NCBI RefSeq assembly: GCF_034519795.1
Contig: NZ_JAXHOB010000022.1
Span: forward strand, 8,650 to 72,649
DNA length: 64,000 nucleotides
Direction of reading: 5' to 3'
DNA from: Acidovorax sp.
Lineage (GTDB): Bacteria > Pseudomonadota > Gammaproteobacteria > Burkholderiales > Burkholderiaceae_C
The position numbers and the translations under genes were made by a program. Shown in pieces: positions 55,034 through 64,000 of this stretch (the stretch's first letter is position 1; every line of letters begins with the position of its first letter). The notes beneath the pieces were generated by a model. It ran no database searches, was not told where the DNA came from, and saw nothing but the letters and a program-made list of their open reading frames with translations.

Positions 55034-55672
55034 ATGACCGCCGACCTTGCCATCGCCGATACCGGCCACACCATCGAGACCCTTGCCCAGCTCGAAGCCC
55101 TGTTCGGCACGCCTGGCGAGGCCTCGCTGAGCAAGGAGGTGCCGTATGTGCACCCTTCGTACCGCGCCATGATCGAGGCGTCGCCCTTTGCCGTGCTGGC
55201 CACCACCGGCCCGGGCGGGCTCGATGCCTCGCCACGCGGCGACCCACCGGGCTTCGTGCAGGTGCTGGACGAGCGCACCCTGCTGCTGCCCGAGCGGCGC
55301 GGCAACAACCGCGTGGACAGCCTGCGCAACATCGTGGCCGACCCGCGCGTGGCGCTGCTGTTCCTGATCCCCGGCGTGGGCGAGACCTTGCGCGTCAACG
55401 GCCGTGCCAGCATCACCACGGCGCCCGCGCTGATGGAGCGCTTCGTGGTCGGCGGCCAGCCGCCCAAGTGCGTGATCCGCATCGCGGTGGACACGGTGTA
55501 CTTCCAGTGCGCGCGCGCCATCCTGCGCTCGCGCCTGTGGGAGGCCGCCGAGCCCGGGGCGCCCCGGCCCGTGCCCACGCCCGGCGCCATCCTCTCGGCC
55601 ATCAGCCAGAGCTTCGATGGCGCGGCCTACGACCAGGCGCTGCCCGAGCGGCAGCGCACGACCCTGTATTGA
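55034..55672 (+). CDS. Pyridoxamine 5'-phosphate oxidase-like FMN-binding protein
   Basis: DASPRGDPPGFV, PERRGNNRVDSLRNI, LFLIPG..ETLRVNG, YFQCARA. Confidence 0.88.
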   Translation: MTADLAIADTGHTIETLAQLEALFGTPGEASLSKEVPYVHPSYRAMIEASPFAVLATTGPGGLDASPRGDPPGFVQVLDERTLLLPERRGNNRVDSLRNIVADPRVALLFLIPGVGETLRVNGRASITTAPALMERFVVGGQPPKCVIRIAVDTVYFQCARAILRSRLWEAAEPGAPRPVPTPGAILSAISQSFDGAAYDQALPERQRTTLY

Positions 55673-55708
55673 GCGGCAGGAGCGGGCAGGGCGCCCGCTC
55701 CAGGCCGA

Positions 55709-58507
55709 TCACAGCGACCGCAGGAAGGCCAGCAGCGCTTCGCGGTCCGCCGTGGGCAGCGCCTCGAAGCGGCGGCGTGCCGCATCGGCCTCGCCGCCAT
55801 GCCAGAGCACCGCTTCGGTCAGCGAGCGGGCGCGGCCGTCGTGCAGGTAGCCCACCTTGGCGGCCTGGCCTGCGCCCATCACCTTCTCGGTATAGCCGAT
55901 GCCCCACAGCGGCGCCGTGCGCCACAGCGCGCCCGTGGCCTGGCCCTGCGCGAAGTTGTCGGCCAGCTCGGCGCCCATGTCGTGCAGCAGCAGATCGGTG
56001 TAGGGGCGGATGGTCTGGTCGCGCAGCTCGGCGAACAGGTGGCCCGAACCGGTCTTCATCTCGGCCGTATGGCAGGCCACGCAACGCAGGCTGTCGAACA
56101 GCCTGGCGCCCAGGGTGACCTGCTGGGGGTTCACGCGGTGCTCGTCCAGCGGCGCCACGCCCTTGGGGAAGCCGCTGGCCTGGCTGCGCTGGGCCGGCAC
56201 GGCCACCAGGGCCAGGTAGTTGGAGATCGAGGCCAGGTCGGCCTCGGTGATGCCTGGCTTGCGCACGCCTGTCGCGCAGGCGGTGGGGCCGTAGTTGCAG
56301 TCACGCGAGGGGTAGACGCTGGACGTGACCGACATGTCCTGCAGCAGCGCCGTGGAGGCCTGCTGGCGCAGCGTGGCCTTGGACGCCTTCCAACCGAAGC
56401 GGCCCAGGCGCACCACGCCGCTCTCGGGGTCGTACACATAGTTGGGCACGCCCTTCACGCCATCGGCATCCGGCACGGTGCGTGCGCGGGCCAGGATGTC
56501 GGCCTCGGGCACGGCTTCGAGCAGGCCCATGCCGATCATGGGTGGCGCCGCACGCAGCGAGTGCACGGCGGGCACCGGGCCGTCGAAGCCGAGCACGGGC
56601 TTGCGCAGCTCCACCACAGTGCCATCGGCCAGGCGCACATTGCGCGTCTCGAACCGGGCCACGCGCACGCTGTTGCCCCAGTCCTGCGCTTCGCCGGTGG
56701 CGGCGCGGGCGTTCATCTGCAGCACGCTGCCGTAGCGCGGATGCGGTTGCTGCTGGCCGGCATCGCCCAGGCTCGCGGTCTGCAGCGACATGCTGTCCAG
56801 GCGCTGGTTGACCTGCATGGGCGCAGGGCTGCGGCCGTTGTTCACGTGGCAGGCCACGCAGGCCGACTGGTTGAAGTGCGTGCCCTGCAGCTTGGCGGCC
56901 GGCATGTAGGGGTCGTTGCCCGGCTCGCTGTGGGCACCGGTGTCGAAGTTGGTGTGGATCAGCCGGCGCCCCTCGACGAAGCGCTGCATGTTCTGCATGC
57001 CCACGTTGTTGAACGGCTGCTGGAACATCGAGGCGCCATTGTCCGAGTAGTTGTACGAGACCGAGCCCGTGCCGCCCGACAGCGTGATCGCCGGCAGCGG
57101 CGCCGAGTTCAGCCGCGGCTGCACGCCATACCAGGGCACGAGGCCGGTGCCCACCACGTACAGCCACTCGGCCGAGTAGTAGCGGATGCCGCCGCTGTCG
57201 CCCTTGGACGACATGGACTCGCGTGTGCTGAACATGGCGGGGGAGACCTCGATGGCATCGCCGGCCACCAGGGCGCGCGAGGGCATGTTGGTGCCGTTGG
57301 GCAGGCCATCGGCGCCCAGGCCGCCGTGGCCCGGGTAGTCCTTGATGCGCAGGGTGCAGGGGCCGTTGATGCCATCGGGGCTGGCCAGGCGGCCATTGGC
57401 CGGGTAGGGCGTGGGTGCGCAGACCTTGACGTTGCGGTCCACCAGCTCGCCCGGGTTCATCCAGCCATAGCCGGTGACGCCGGGCCGGTCGAAGGCGCGA
57501 AAGAACGCCGTGTCGCCCGGCAGAAAGTCCACCGTGGTGTAGCGGTTGACCACCAGCGTGGGCTTGGTCACGCCCGCCACGCGGCTGTTGTCGATGATTT
57601 CCATGCCCCAGGTGCGGTTCTGGAAATACTGCGTCACGAAGGTCAGGTGGGCGCCGGGGCCCTTGTCCACCGGGGCGCCCGTGACCGGGTCCACCGTGTC
57701 ATTGGGGCCGAAGCCGATCTCGTTCCACTCTTCACCCCGCTCGCGGCCGTGGCGGCCCAGGGCGCGTGCGCCGAAGCGCGTCACCAGCGTGCCATCGGCC
57801 AGGCGGAACTGGGTCAGCTCGGCGGCCTCGGGTGCGGCGGGCAAGGGTGCCAGCCCCTGGCCATTGGCCGGGTAGCGCCAGGCCGAGGTCGCGCCCACGC
57901 CCTGGGTGTTGTCGGTGCCCGGCGTCTTGAACTCCACCTCGAACAGCGAGTAGCCGTATCCGCCGGCCCGCGCCACGCCCTGCAGGCGGATGTAGCGCGC
58001 GCTCATGCCCAGGTTCAGGAACTCCTCGGTGCCGCCCTTGCCGTTGGTGACGTAGCGGATCTGCGTCCAGGTGCTCCCGTCCTGCGAGACCTGCAGCGCG
58101 TATTCCTTTCCGTAGGAGCGCTCCCAGACCAGCTTCATGTAGCCCACGTCGACCTTGGCGCCGAAGTCGAACTGGATCCAGGCATCGTCCACGAAGGTGC
58201 TGCCCCAGCGGCTGCCGAGGTTGCCGTCGATGGCGGCTGGGGCCGCCATGCCGGGGTTTTCCACTGCGGAAGAGGTCGCCGTCACGGGCTTGATGGCCAC
58301 GCCCGGCTGGGTGGGCGCTGCAGCCGCCACCTGGTAGGCAGACTTCTGCTGCACGTAGACGACGTTGGACGAAGACTGTGAAGCCTCCTGCCCACTGCCG
58401 CCGCTGTCCGGGCTGCCTCCACCGCAGGCGGCCAGGCCCAGCGCCAATGCGCCCAGGGCACCCCAGCGCGCACTGCGGTGCGCGCGTTTGCTCATCGTGT
58501 ATTGCAT
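55709..58507 (-). CDS. Lipoprotein: F5/8-type C (discoidin/CBM32) domain + di-heme oxidoreductase (DHOR) domain
   Basis: Lipobox LAAC; AIDGN..SRWGS..WIQFDFG..ARYIRL discoidin; two CxxCH (CVACH x2), GRFGWKA, PYTDLLLHDMG, WRTAPLWG, YLHDGRARSL. Confidence 0.88.
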   Translation of the reverse strand: MQYTMSKRAHRSARWGALGALALGLAACGGGSPDSGGSGQEASQSSSNVVYVQQKSAYQVAAAAPTQPGVAIKPVTATSSAVENPGMAAPAAIDGNLGSRWGSTFVDDAWIQFDFGAKVDVGYMKLVWERSYGKEYALQVSQDGSTWTQIRYVTNGKGGTEEFLNLGMSARYIRLQGVARAGGYGYSLFEVEFKTPGTDNTQGVGATSAWRYPANGQGLAPLPAAPEAAELTQFRLADGTLVTRFGARALGRHGRERGEEWNEIGFGPNDTVDPVTGAPVDKGPGAHLTFVTQYFQNRTWGMEIIDNSRVAGVTKPTLVVNRYTTVDFLPGDTAFFRAFDRPGVTGYGWMNPGELVDRNVKVCAPTPYPANGRLASPDGINGPCTLRIKDYPGHGGLGADGLPNGTNMPSRALVAGDAIEVSPAMFSTRESMSSKGDSGGIRYYSAEWLYVVGTGLVPWYGVQPRLNSAPLPAITLSGGTGSVSYNYSDNGASMFQQPFNNVGMQNMQRFVEGRRLIHTNFDTGAHSEPGNDPYMPAAKLQGTHFNQSACVACHVNNGRSPAPMQVNQRLDSMSLQTASLGDAGQQQPHPRYGSVLQMNARAATGEAQDWGNSVRVARFETRNVRLADGTVVELRKPVLGFDGPVPAVHSLRAAPPMIGMGLLEAVPEADILARARTVPDADGVKGVPNYVYDPESGVVRLGRFGWKASKATLRQQASTALLQDMSVTSSVYPSRDCNYGPTACATGVRKPGITEADLASISNYLALVAVPAQRSQASGFPKGVAPLDEHRVNPQQVTLGARLFDSLRCVACHTAEMKTGSGHLFAELRDQTIRPYTDLLLHDMGAELADNFAQGQATGALWRTAPLWGIGYTEKVMGAGQAAKVGYLHDGRARSLTEAVLWHGGEADAARRRFEALPTADREALLAFLRSL

Positions 58508-58930
58508 GTTTTTCCCACCCCGCATCCGTGTGCGTTTGTTGTGGGCAAATCATACGCATGCAGTCCATCGCGCCGTCTACCGCAGTTGCGTGGCCGCCTC
58601 AGTTAATTTGCGTTAATTAATTGCAAAACGTGTGCAGACGTATCTGCCAAGGGCGCGTTTATAGGCCATGTTCATCCGCGCATGGCTTGGCCTGTGGTGC
58701 TCCCTGTTTTGGGGCGGTTGCATATGGATGCACTTTGGTGGGCGCCATGGAAATATTTCATTTGGCAGCCAACCGGGTCAATGGCAAGTGGCCGCGCTGG
58801 TGGCTGCAGTCTCTTCGACTGGCGCCATTGGACGCGGGTGTGCAGCAAATTGGCATGCGTGCGAAGATGCCTTGCAAAGCCGCATGCAGCGGATCGAACC
58901 TTCCAACTGCCAGACGCCAGGAACCCAGAA

Positions 58931-59764
58931 ATGACCCAGTCGCATCCTTCCCTCGCACTCCACGATGGCCGCTCCATCCCCCAGCTCGGCCTGGGCGTGT
59001 GGCGCACCCCGGCCGATGCAACCGCACAGGCCGTGAAGGCGGCGCTCGCATCAGGCTATCGGCACATAGACACGGCCGCCATCTACGGCAACGAAGCGGG
59101 TGTGGGCGAGGGCCTGCGCGCCAGCGGCGTGGCACGCGAAGAGGTGTTCATCACCACCAAGCTGTGGAACGCCGAGCAGGGCTTCGACACCACGCTGCGC
59201 GCCTTCGATGCCAGCATGCAGTTGCTTGGCCTCGACGTGCTCGACCTGTACCTGATCCACTGGCCGAACCCTTCGCGCGATCTGTACGTGGACACCTGGC
59301 GCGCCTTCGTGCGCCTGCAGTCCGAAGGGCGGGTGCGTTCCATCGGTGTTTCCAACTTCGAGCCCGAGCACATCGACCGCCTGGTGCAGGAGACCGGTGC
59401 CAAGCCCGTGCTCAACCAGATCGAGCTGCACCCGCGTTTTCAGCAGCGCCGGCTGCGCGACTACCACGCCGCGCACGGCATCGCCACGCAGGCCTGGAGC
59501 CCGCTGGGCCAGGGCCAGTTGCTGGAGGATGCGGGCATCCAGGCCATCGCTGCCAAACACGGCAAGACGCCGGCCCAGGTCGTCGTGCGCTGGCACATCG
59601 AGGTGGGCAACGTCGTGATCCCCAAGTCGGTCAACCCCGGCCGCATTGCCGAGAACGCCGGTGTCTTCGACTTCGCGCTGGATGCACAGGACATGGCGGC
59701 CATTGCCCAACTGGACCAGGCCGAAGGGCGCATCGGGCCGGACCCGCTGACTGCGGCGTTCTGA
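58931..59764 (+). CDS. Aldo/keto reductase (DkgA-like)
   Basis: IPQLGLGVW, GYRHIDTAAIYGNE, TTKLWN, DLYLIHWP, IGVSNF, IPKS. Confidence 0.92.
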   Translation: MTQSHPSLALHDGRSIPQLGLGVWRTPADATAQAVKAALASGYRHIDTAAIYGNEAGVGEGLRASGVAREEVFITTKLWNAEQGFDTTLRAFDASMQLLGLDVLDLYLIHWPNPSRDLYVDTWRAFVRLQSEGRVRSIGVSNFEPEHIDRLVQETGAKPVLNQIELHPRFQQRRLRDYHAAHGIATQAWSPLGQGQLLEDAGIQAIAAKHGKTPAQVVVRWHIEVGNVVIPKSVNPGRIAENAGVFDFALDAQDMAAIAQLDQAEGRIGPDPLTAAF

Positions 59765-59780
59765 GCGCGCAGCGGGGCAG

Positions 59781-60467
59781 TTACGGCACGGTTTCTGCCT
59801 CGCGTTCTTTCCTGGCGGATGCCGAGCGCAGCTTGCGCTCGTAGCCGTCCATCTCCTTGAACGCGACGATCTCGCGCCTGCGGTACTTGGCGTACTCGGT
59901 CATGAAGGTCTGCGTGTCCGCATACGGGCCGGCGATATGACCGGGCCGCTTGGAGTCGGCAAAGAACCAGGTCTGGCCATCGCGCTGGAACGAGGCCACC
60001 CAGTGGCGGCGCAGGGTGTTGCCGCGGATGGCGACCGGGTTGAATTCGATCATCACGTAGACGGGGCGCGAGGCCGGGTCCACGGCGCGCAGCGTCTCCA
60101 CGGCAAAGCGCGACAGGTCCACGCACACGCCCCGGGGCTGGGCAAAGAACGCTGCCGGCTCGTGGATCGGCATGCGCCCGCTGCGGCTGCGCTGGGTTTC
60201 GGACAACTGCATGGCGCGCTGCAGGTCGTACTCGAAGCGTGCACCGATGAAGGCGTTCACCTCTGCTGGGCTGCGCCAGCGCTGCAGGGCCTCGGCGTAG
60301 CTTGCCGGCGCATCGGCCAGGGCCATGGTGGTGCGGCCCGGCTCCGGTGCGTCCGATGCGGGGTCGGCGGCGCTGGCGGTGTCAGCCAGGGAAGGCCGGG
60401 CGCTGCAGCCTGCCGCGAGGCTGGCGACAAGGCCGGATGCGGCAATGGCAAACATTCTTCGTTGCAT
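59781..60467 (-). CDS. Putative lipoprotein with transglutaminase-like Cys-His-Asp core
   Basis: MQRRMF..LAAGC signal/lipobox; RGVCVD, HWV, WFFADS. Confidence 0.65.
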   Translation of the reverse strand: MQRRMFAIAASGLVASLAAGCSARPSLADTASAADPASDAPEPGRTTMALADAPASYAEALQRWRSPAEVNAFIGARFEYDLQRAMQLSETQRSRSGRMPIHEPAAFFAQPRGVCVDLSRFAVETLRAVDPASRPVYVMIEFNPVAIRGNTLRRHWVASFQRDGQTWFFADSKRPGHIAGPYADTQTFMTEYAKYRRREIVAFKEMDGYERKLRSASARKEREAETVP

Positions 60468-60663
60468 GGCAGGTATTCTCGGCTCGTTGGGCACGATGGA
60501 GTGGAGCCCCGGGCGAAAGGTTCCTGGGCGGCGTCGACGCCATGGCGGTTGGAACTGGGTATGCGGAAATCGCATGGGTGAATGGCATTCTATGGACCGA
60601 ACACAATCCAGGGATGCAGGTGCCCCGCGGAATGGGGCCAGGCAACAACCACAGGGACAGGCA

Positions 60664-61413
60664 ATGGATTCGTCGGTGTTCGTGATCGTGGCGCTGGGTG
60701 CGGCGGCGGCAGGCTTTGTACAGGGGCTCTCGGGCTTTGGCTTTGGCTTGACGGCGATGTCGCTCTGGGCCTGGACGCTGGAGCCGCGCCTGGCAGCGGT
60801 GCTGGTGGTCGCCGGCTCGCTCACGGGCCAGGTGCTCGCGGCGTTCTCGGTGCGCCGGGGCTTCGACAAGCTGCGGCTGCTGCCCTTCGTGCTGGGCGGG
60901 CTGGCGGGCATCCCCATCGGCGTGGCGCTGCTGCCGCGGCTGGACATGGACGCTTTCAAGCTGGTGCTGGGCACGCTGCTGGTGCTGTGGTGCCCGGCCA
61001 TGCTGATGGCCCCACAGCTGCCGCGCATCGCACGCGGCGGCCGCCTGGCCGATGCGGTGGTGGGCATGGCGGGCGGGGTGATGGGTGGCATCGGCGGCTT
61101 CACCGGCGTGCTGCCCACGCTGTGGTGCACCCTGCGCGGCTGGGACAAGGACGCGCAGCGCGCCGTGGTCCAGAACTTCAACCTGGCCATGCTGCTGGTG
61201 ACCATGCTGGCCTACCTGGCCACGGGCATGGTCACGGCGCCCATGCAGCCCTACCTGGCCGTGGCGCTGCCGGCCATGCTGGTGCCCGTTCTGCTGGGCG
61301 CGCGGCTGTACCACGGGATCAGCGAGGCGCGCTTTCGCCAGATCGTGCTGGGCATGCTCACGCTGTCGGGCGTGGCGATGCTGGCTTCGGCGCTGCCCAG
61401 GTTGGGGGGATGA
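60664..61413 (+). CDS. TauE/SafE (TSUP) family exporter
   Basis: AGFVQGLSGFGFGL, GGLAGIPIG, GGVMGGIGGFTG; about 8 TM helices. Confidence 0.9.
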   Translation: MDSSVFVIVALGAAAAGFVQGLSGFGFGLTAMSLWAWTLEPRLAAVLVVAGSLTGQVLAAFSVRRGFDKLRLLPFVLGGLAGIPIGVALLPRLDMDAFKLVLGTLLVLWCPAMLMAPQLPRIARGGRLADAVVGMAGGVMGGIGGFTGVLPTLWCTLRGWDKDAQRAVVQNFNLAMLLVTMLAYLATGMVTAPMQPYLAVALPAMLVPVLLGARLYHGISEARFRQIVLGMLTLSGVAMLASALPRLGG

Positions 61414-61493
61414 CGCACACGGCCAGGACGTGCCGGTGAAGGCCGGGTCTCTGCCCGTTCCCGTGCTGGGGTGCGTTGTCGGTGGTTGCTGTG

Positions 61494-62240
61494 TGCCTGC
61501 GTTAAAGGCGGAGGCCGGGATGTGCGCCCGGCGGCGCACCTACCTTCTTTTGCGTCGCCAAAAGAAGGTAGGCCAAGAAAAGGCGACCCCGCTGCCCGTG
61601 TCCCCACTCGCCTGGCGGCGAGTGGGGCAGCCTGCGATGCTCGGTCCTGGGGTGACGCCGAAGAACTCCCTGCGCTGCCTCTGCGAGGCAGCTGCGGTCA
61701 AACAGCTTCGGCGAGCCAGATGACGATGCGCGTGTCCTTCGGCACGCGCTCACCCCAGGCCCTGCGCTTCTCGGCACGGTCAGAAGGGGGTGGGAGCGGG
61801 CTCCACTCGGGCCATTGCTTCGCTCGGCCCGGGGTCCTTCGCTGCGCTCGGCTCGCCAGGGCGGCTGCGCCCAAGCGTCGGCAGCGCGAAGCGCGTACCC
61901 GACCCCAGGCGCTGCTGCGAAGCAGCAGCCGTCCGTGACCCCGCTCCCACCCCTTCTGGCTGCGCCGAGAAGCGCAGGAGTTGGGGTGGGCGTGTGTGCC
62001 GAAGGACACACACGCTTCGTGATCTGGCTTGCCGATGCTGTTTGAGCGAAGTTCACCCGCAGGGGGAACGCAGCGAGTTCATCGGCACCACCCCAGCTCC
62101 GAGCATCGCAGGTTGCCCGCAGCGAAGCGGAGGGACGCAGACTGCGGGGCGCTGTTTCTTTGCCTACTTTCTTTTTTGCGCAAAAAGAAAGTAGGTGCAC
62201 CGCCGGGCGCACATCCCGGCTCCCGCCCCTCAAACAGGCA
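61494..62240. repeat. ~747-bp quasi-palindromic structured intergenic repeat, copy 2 (arm B - centre - arm A)
   Basis: Reverse-complement homolog of 28836-29580 along its whole length; same terminal IR GGCGGAGGCCGGGATGTGCGCCCGGCGGCGCACCTAC. Confidence 0.92.
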
Positions 62241-62273
62241 AGCCGCGTGATTCCAGACATACCAAAGAACAGA

Positions 62274-64000
62274 TCAGTCCCCCATCACCACACCTTCACG
62301 CCGCGGATCCGCCCCCCCAAACCACAGCTTCTTCCCATGCGCATGCCCCCGCGTGATGGCCTGCAACCCACTGGTCATGTTCATCTCCCGCACCTCGGCC
62401 CCCCGCGCCCGCAGGGTCTGCACCGTGAGTGAAGGAAAACGCTTTTCCTCCAGCAGCGAGGGTCCGTTCATCGAGCCGAAGTTGGGCAGATTGATCGCCT
62501 GCTGCGGCATCAAACCCCAGTTGAACACGCCATACAACGTCTTGGCCGTGTAATGGATGATGGCCGCCCCACCCGGGCTGCCGCCACTCATCAGCAACTC
62601 GCCCGTGGCCTTGTCGAATACCAGGGTGGGCGACATGGAAGAGCGCGGCCGCTTGCCCGGCTGCACGCGGTTGGCGATCGGCTGGCCCTGCGCGTCGGTG
62701 GGCGCGAAGCTGAAATCGGTGAGTTCGTTGTTGAGCAAAAAGCCCTTGACCATCTGCCGCGCGCCGAACTGGTCCTCGATGGTGGTGGTCATGGCCACCG
62801 CATTGCCCAGGGCATCGACGATGCTGATGTGGCTGGTGCCGTACTCGGGCTGGTCGGGCATGGGCGCGTAGCTGGTGGCCACGGCACCGGGCTTGCCGGG
62901 CTGGGCGAGCTTGAGGCTCTGCGTGCCGATGAGCTTGGCGCGTTCTGCCAGGTAGGCCGGGGCGATCAGGCTGCTCCAGCTGCCCGCGGGCGGTTGCACG
63001 AAGTCGGGGTCGGCCACGTACAGGGCCCGGTCGGCAAACGCCAGGCGCGCGGCATCGGTGTACAGGTGCAGCCAGTCGGCCGTGGGCAGGCCGTCTTCGA
63101 GCGGCATGGCGGCGGCATCGGTGTTCCGGAGGATGCCCAGGATCTGCGCGATGGCGATGGCGCCCGAGCTCGGTGGTGGAAAGCCGCACATCCGGTAGGT
63201 CTTGCTCGCCACCGGGTAGTCGTGGCACAGGGGCTCGCGCTTCTTGGGCTGGTAGCCGGCCAGGTCGGCCAGGCTGAGCTTGCCGGGGTTCGTAGGGTGC
63301 TTTTGCACCTTGTCGACGATGGCCTGGGCGATATCGCCCTCGTGCAAGGCCTTGCTGCCTTCGGCGGCGATGCGGCGCAGCACGGTGGCCAGCTCGGGGT
63401 TGCGCAGATTGAAGCCCACGTCGCGCGCATCGCCATCGGGCTTGTAGAAGTAGGCTGCCGCCACCGGGTCCTTCTTGAGGTGGGCATCGGCCTTGGCCAG
63501 GGTGTTCAGCCGCGCGCTGACCTTGAAGCCGCCTTCGGCCAGCGTGATGGCGGGCTGGAACAGCGTGGCCCAGGGCAGTTTGCCATGCTCCTTGTGGGCC
63601 AGCTCCAGCATGCGCACGGTGCCGGGGACGCCGACCGAGCGGCCACCCACCACGCCGTCGTAAAAGGGCACGGGCTTGCCGTCCGCGCCGAGAAACAGCT
63701 TCTCATCGGCGGCGGCCGGCGCCGTTTCGCGGCCGTCATAGGCCTGCACCTTCTGGCCGGTGCTGTGCAGCAGGAAGGCGCCGCCGCCGATGCCGCTCGA
63801 TTGCGGCTCCACCAGCGTCAGCACCATCTGCACGGCAATCGCCGCATCCAGGGCCGAGCCGCCGGCCTTGAGGATCTGGTAGCCGGCATCGGTGGCCAGC
63901 GGATTGGCGGCGGCCACGGCGAACTTCTCGGTGGCCCAGCCGGGCTTTTCGGTGTAGCCCGACGAGCCTTCGGGCTGGGCAGGCACCGTGTATTCGAACC
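62274..64000 (-). CDS. ggt: Gamma-glutamyltransferase (5'-truncated by window edge)
   Basis: GGSALDAAIAVQ..LVEPQSSGIGGG, autoprocessing GTSHISIVD, LNNELTDF, PGKRPRSSMSP, GSPGG, GADPRREG. Confidence 0.95.
   Translation of the reverse strand, partial: FEYTVPAQPEGSSGYTEKPGWATEKFAVAAANPLATDAGYQILKAGGSALDAAIAVQMVLTLVEPQSSGIGGGAFLLHSTGQKVQAYDGRETAPAAADEKLFLGADGKPVPFYDGVVGGRSVGVPGTVRMLELAHKEHGKLPWATLFQPAITLAEGGFKVSARLNTLAKADAHLKKDPVAAAYFYKPDGDARDVGFNLRNPELATVLRRIAAEGSKALHEGDIAQAIVDKVQKHPTNPGKLSLADLAGYQPKKREPLCHDYPVASKTYRMCGFPPPSSGAIAIAQILGILRNTDAAAMPLEDGLPTADWLHLYTDAARLAFADRALYVADPDFVQPPAGSWSSLIAPAYLAERAKLIGTQSLKLAQPGKPGAVATSYAPMPDQPEYGTSHISIVDALGNAVAMTTTIEDQFGARQMVKGFLLNNELTDFSFAPTDAQGQPIANRVQPGKRPRSSMSPTLVFDKATGELLMSGGSPGGAAIIHYTAKTLYGVFNWGLMPQQAINLPNFGSMNGPSLLEEKRFPSLTVQTLRARGAEVREMNMTSGLQAITRGHAHGKKLWFGGADPRREGVVMGD

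Overview
High-GC betaproteobacterial chromosomal segment; gene content and order suggest Comamonadaceae, probably Acidovorax-like (inference). From left to right it contains the end of a heme ABC operon (hmuUV), a six-gene heavy-metal RND efflux operon (CzcI/C/B/A-like plus two His-rich proteins), ppsR/ppsA, a DUF4212 + sodium:solute symporter pair, an FKBP, a LysR/HMG-CoA-lyase/CoA-transferase/Bug catabolic module, and a Fur-boxed PepSY-TM/DUF2271/DUF4198/ApbE/flavodoxin-FNR/TonB-receptor iron cluster whose receptor is frameshifted at a G7 run. After these come a 5'-nucleotidase, aroC, a CBS protein, metY with several inserted accessory genes, a 111-bp MITE, a D-tartrate-dehydratase-like module, an MCP, rpoD, dnaG, an acyl-CoA synthetase, a discoidin/di-heme lipoprotein, an aldo-keto reductase, a transglutaminase-like lipoprotein, TauE and ggt. 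I found no rRNA, tRNA, CRISPR array, transposase or integrase. The most unusual signal is a ~745-bp non-coding quasi-palindromic element present twice (28836-29580 and 61494-62240), each time between convergent genes. It is built from two diverged ~300-nt arms whose nested hairpins show compensatory changes, and the gene ends pointing into it lose third-position cytosine on their coding strand. Most long overlapping ORFs in the track are GC-rich shadow frames.
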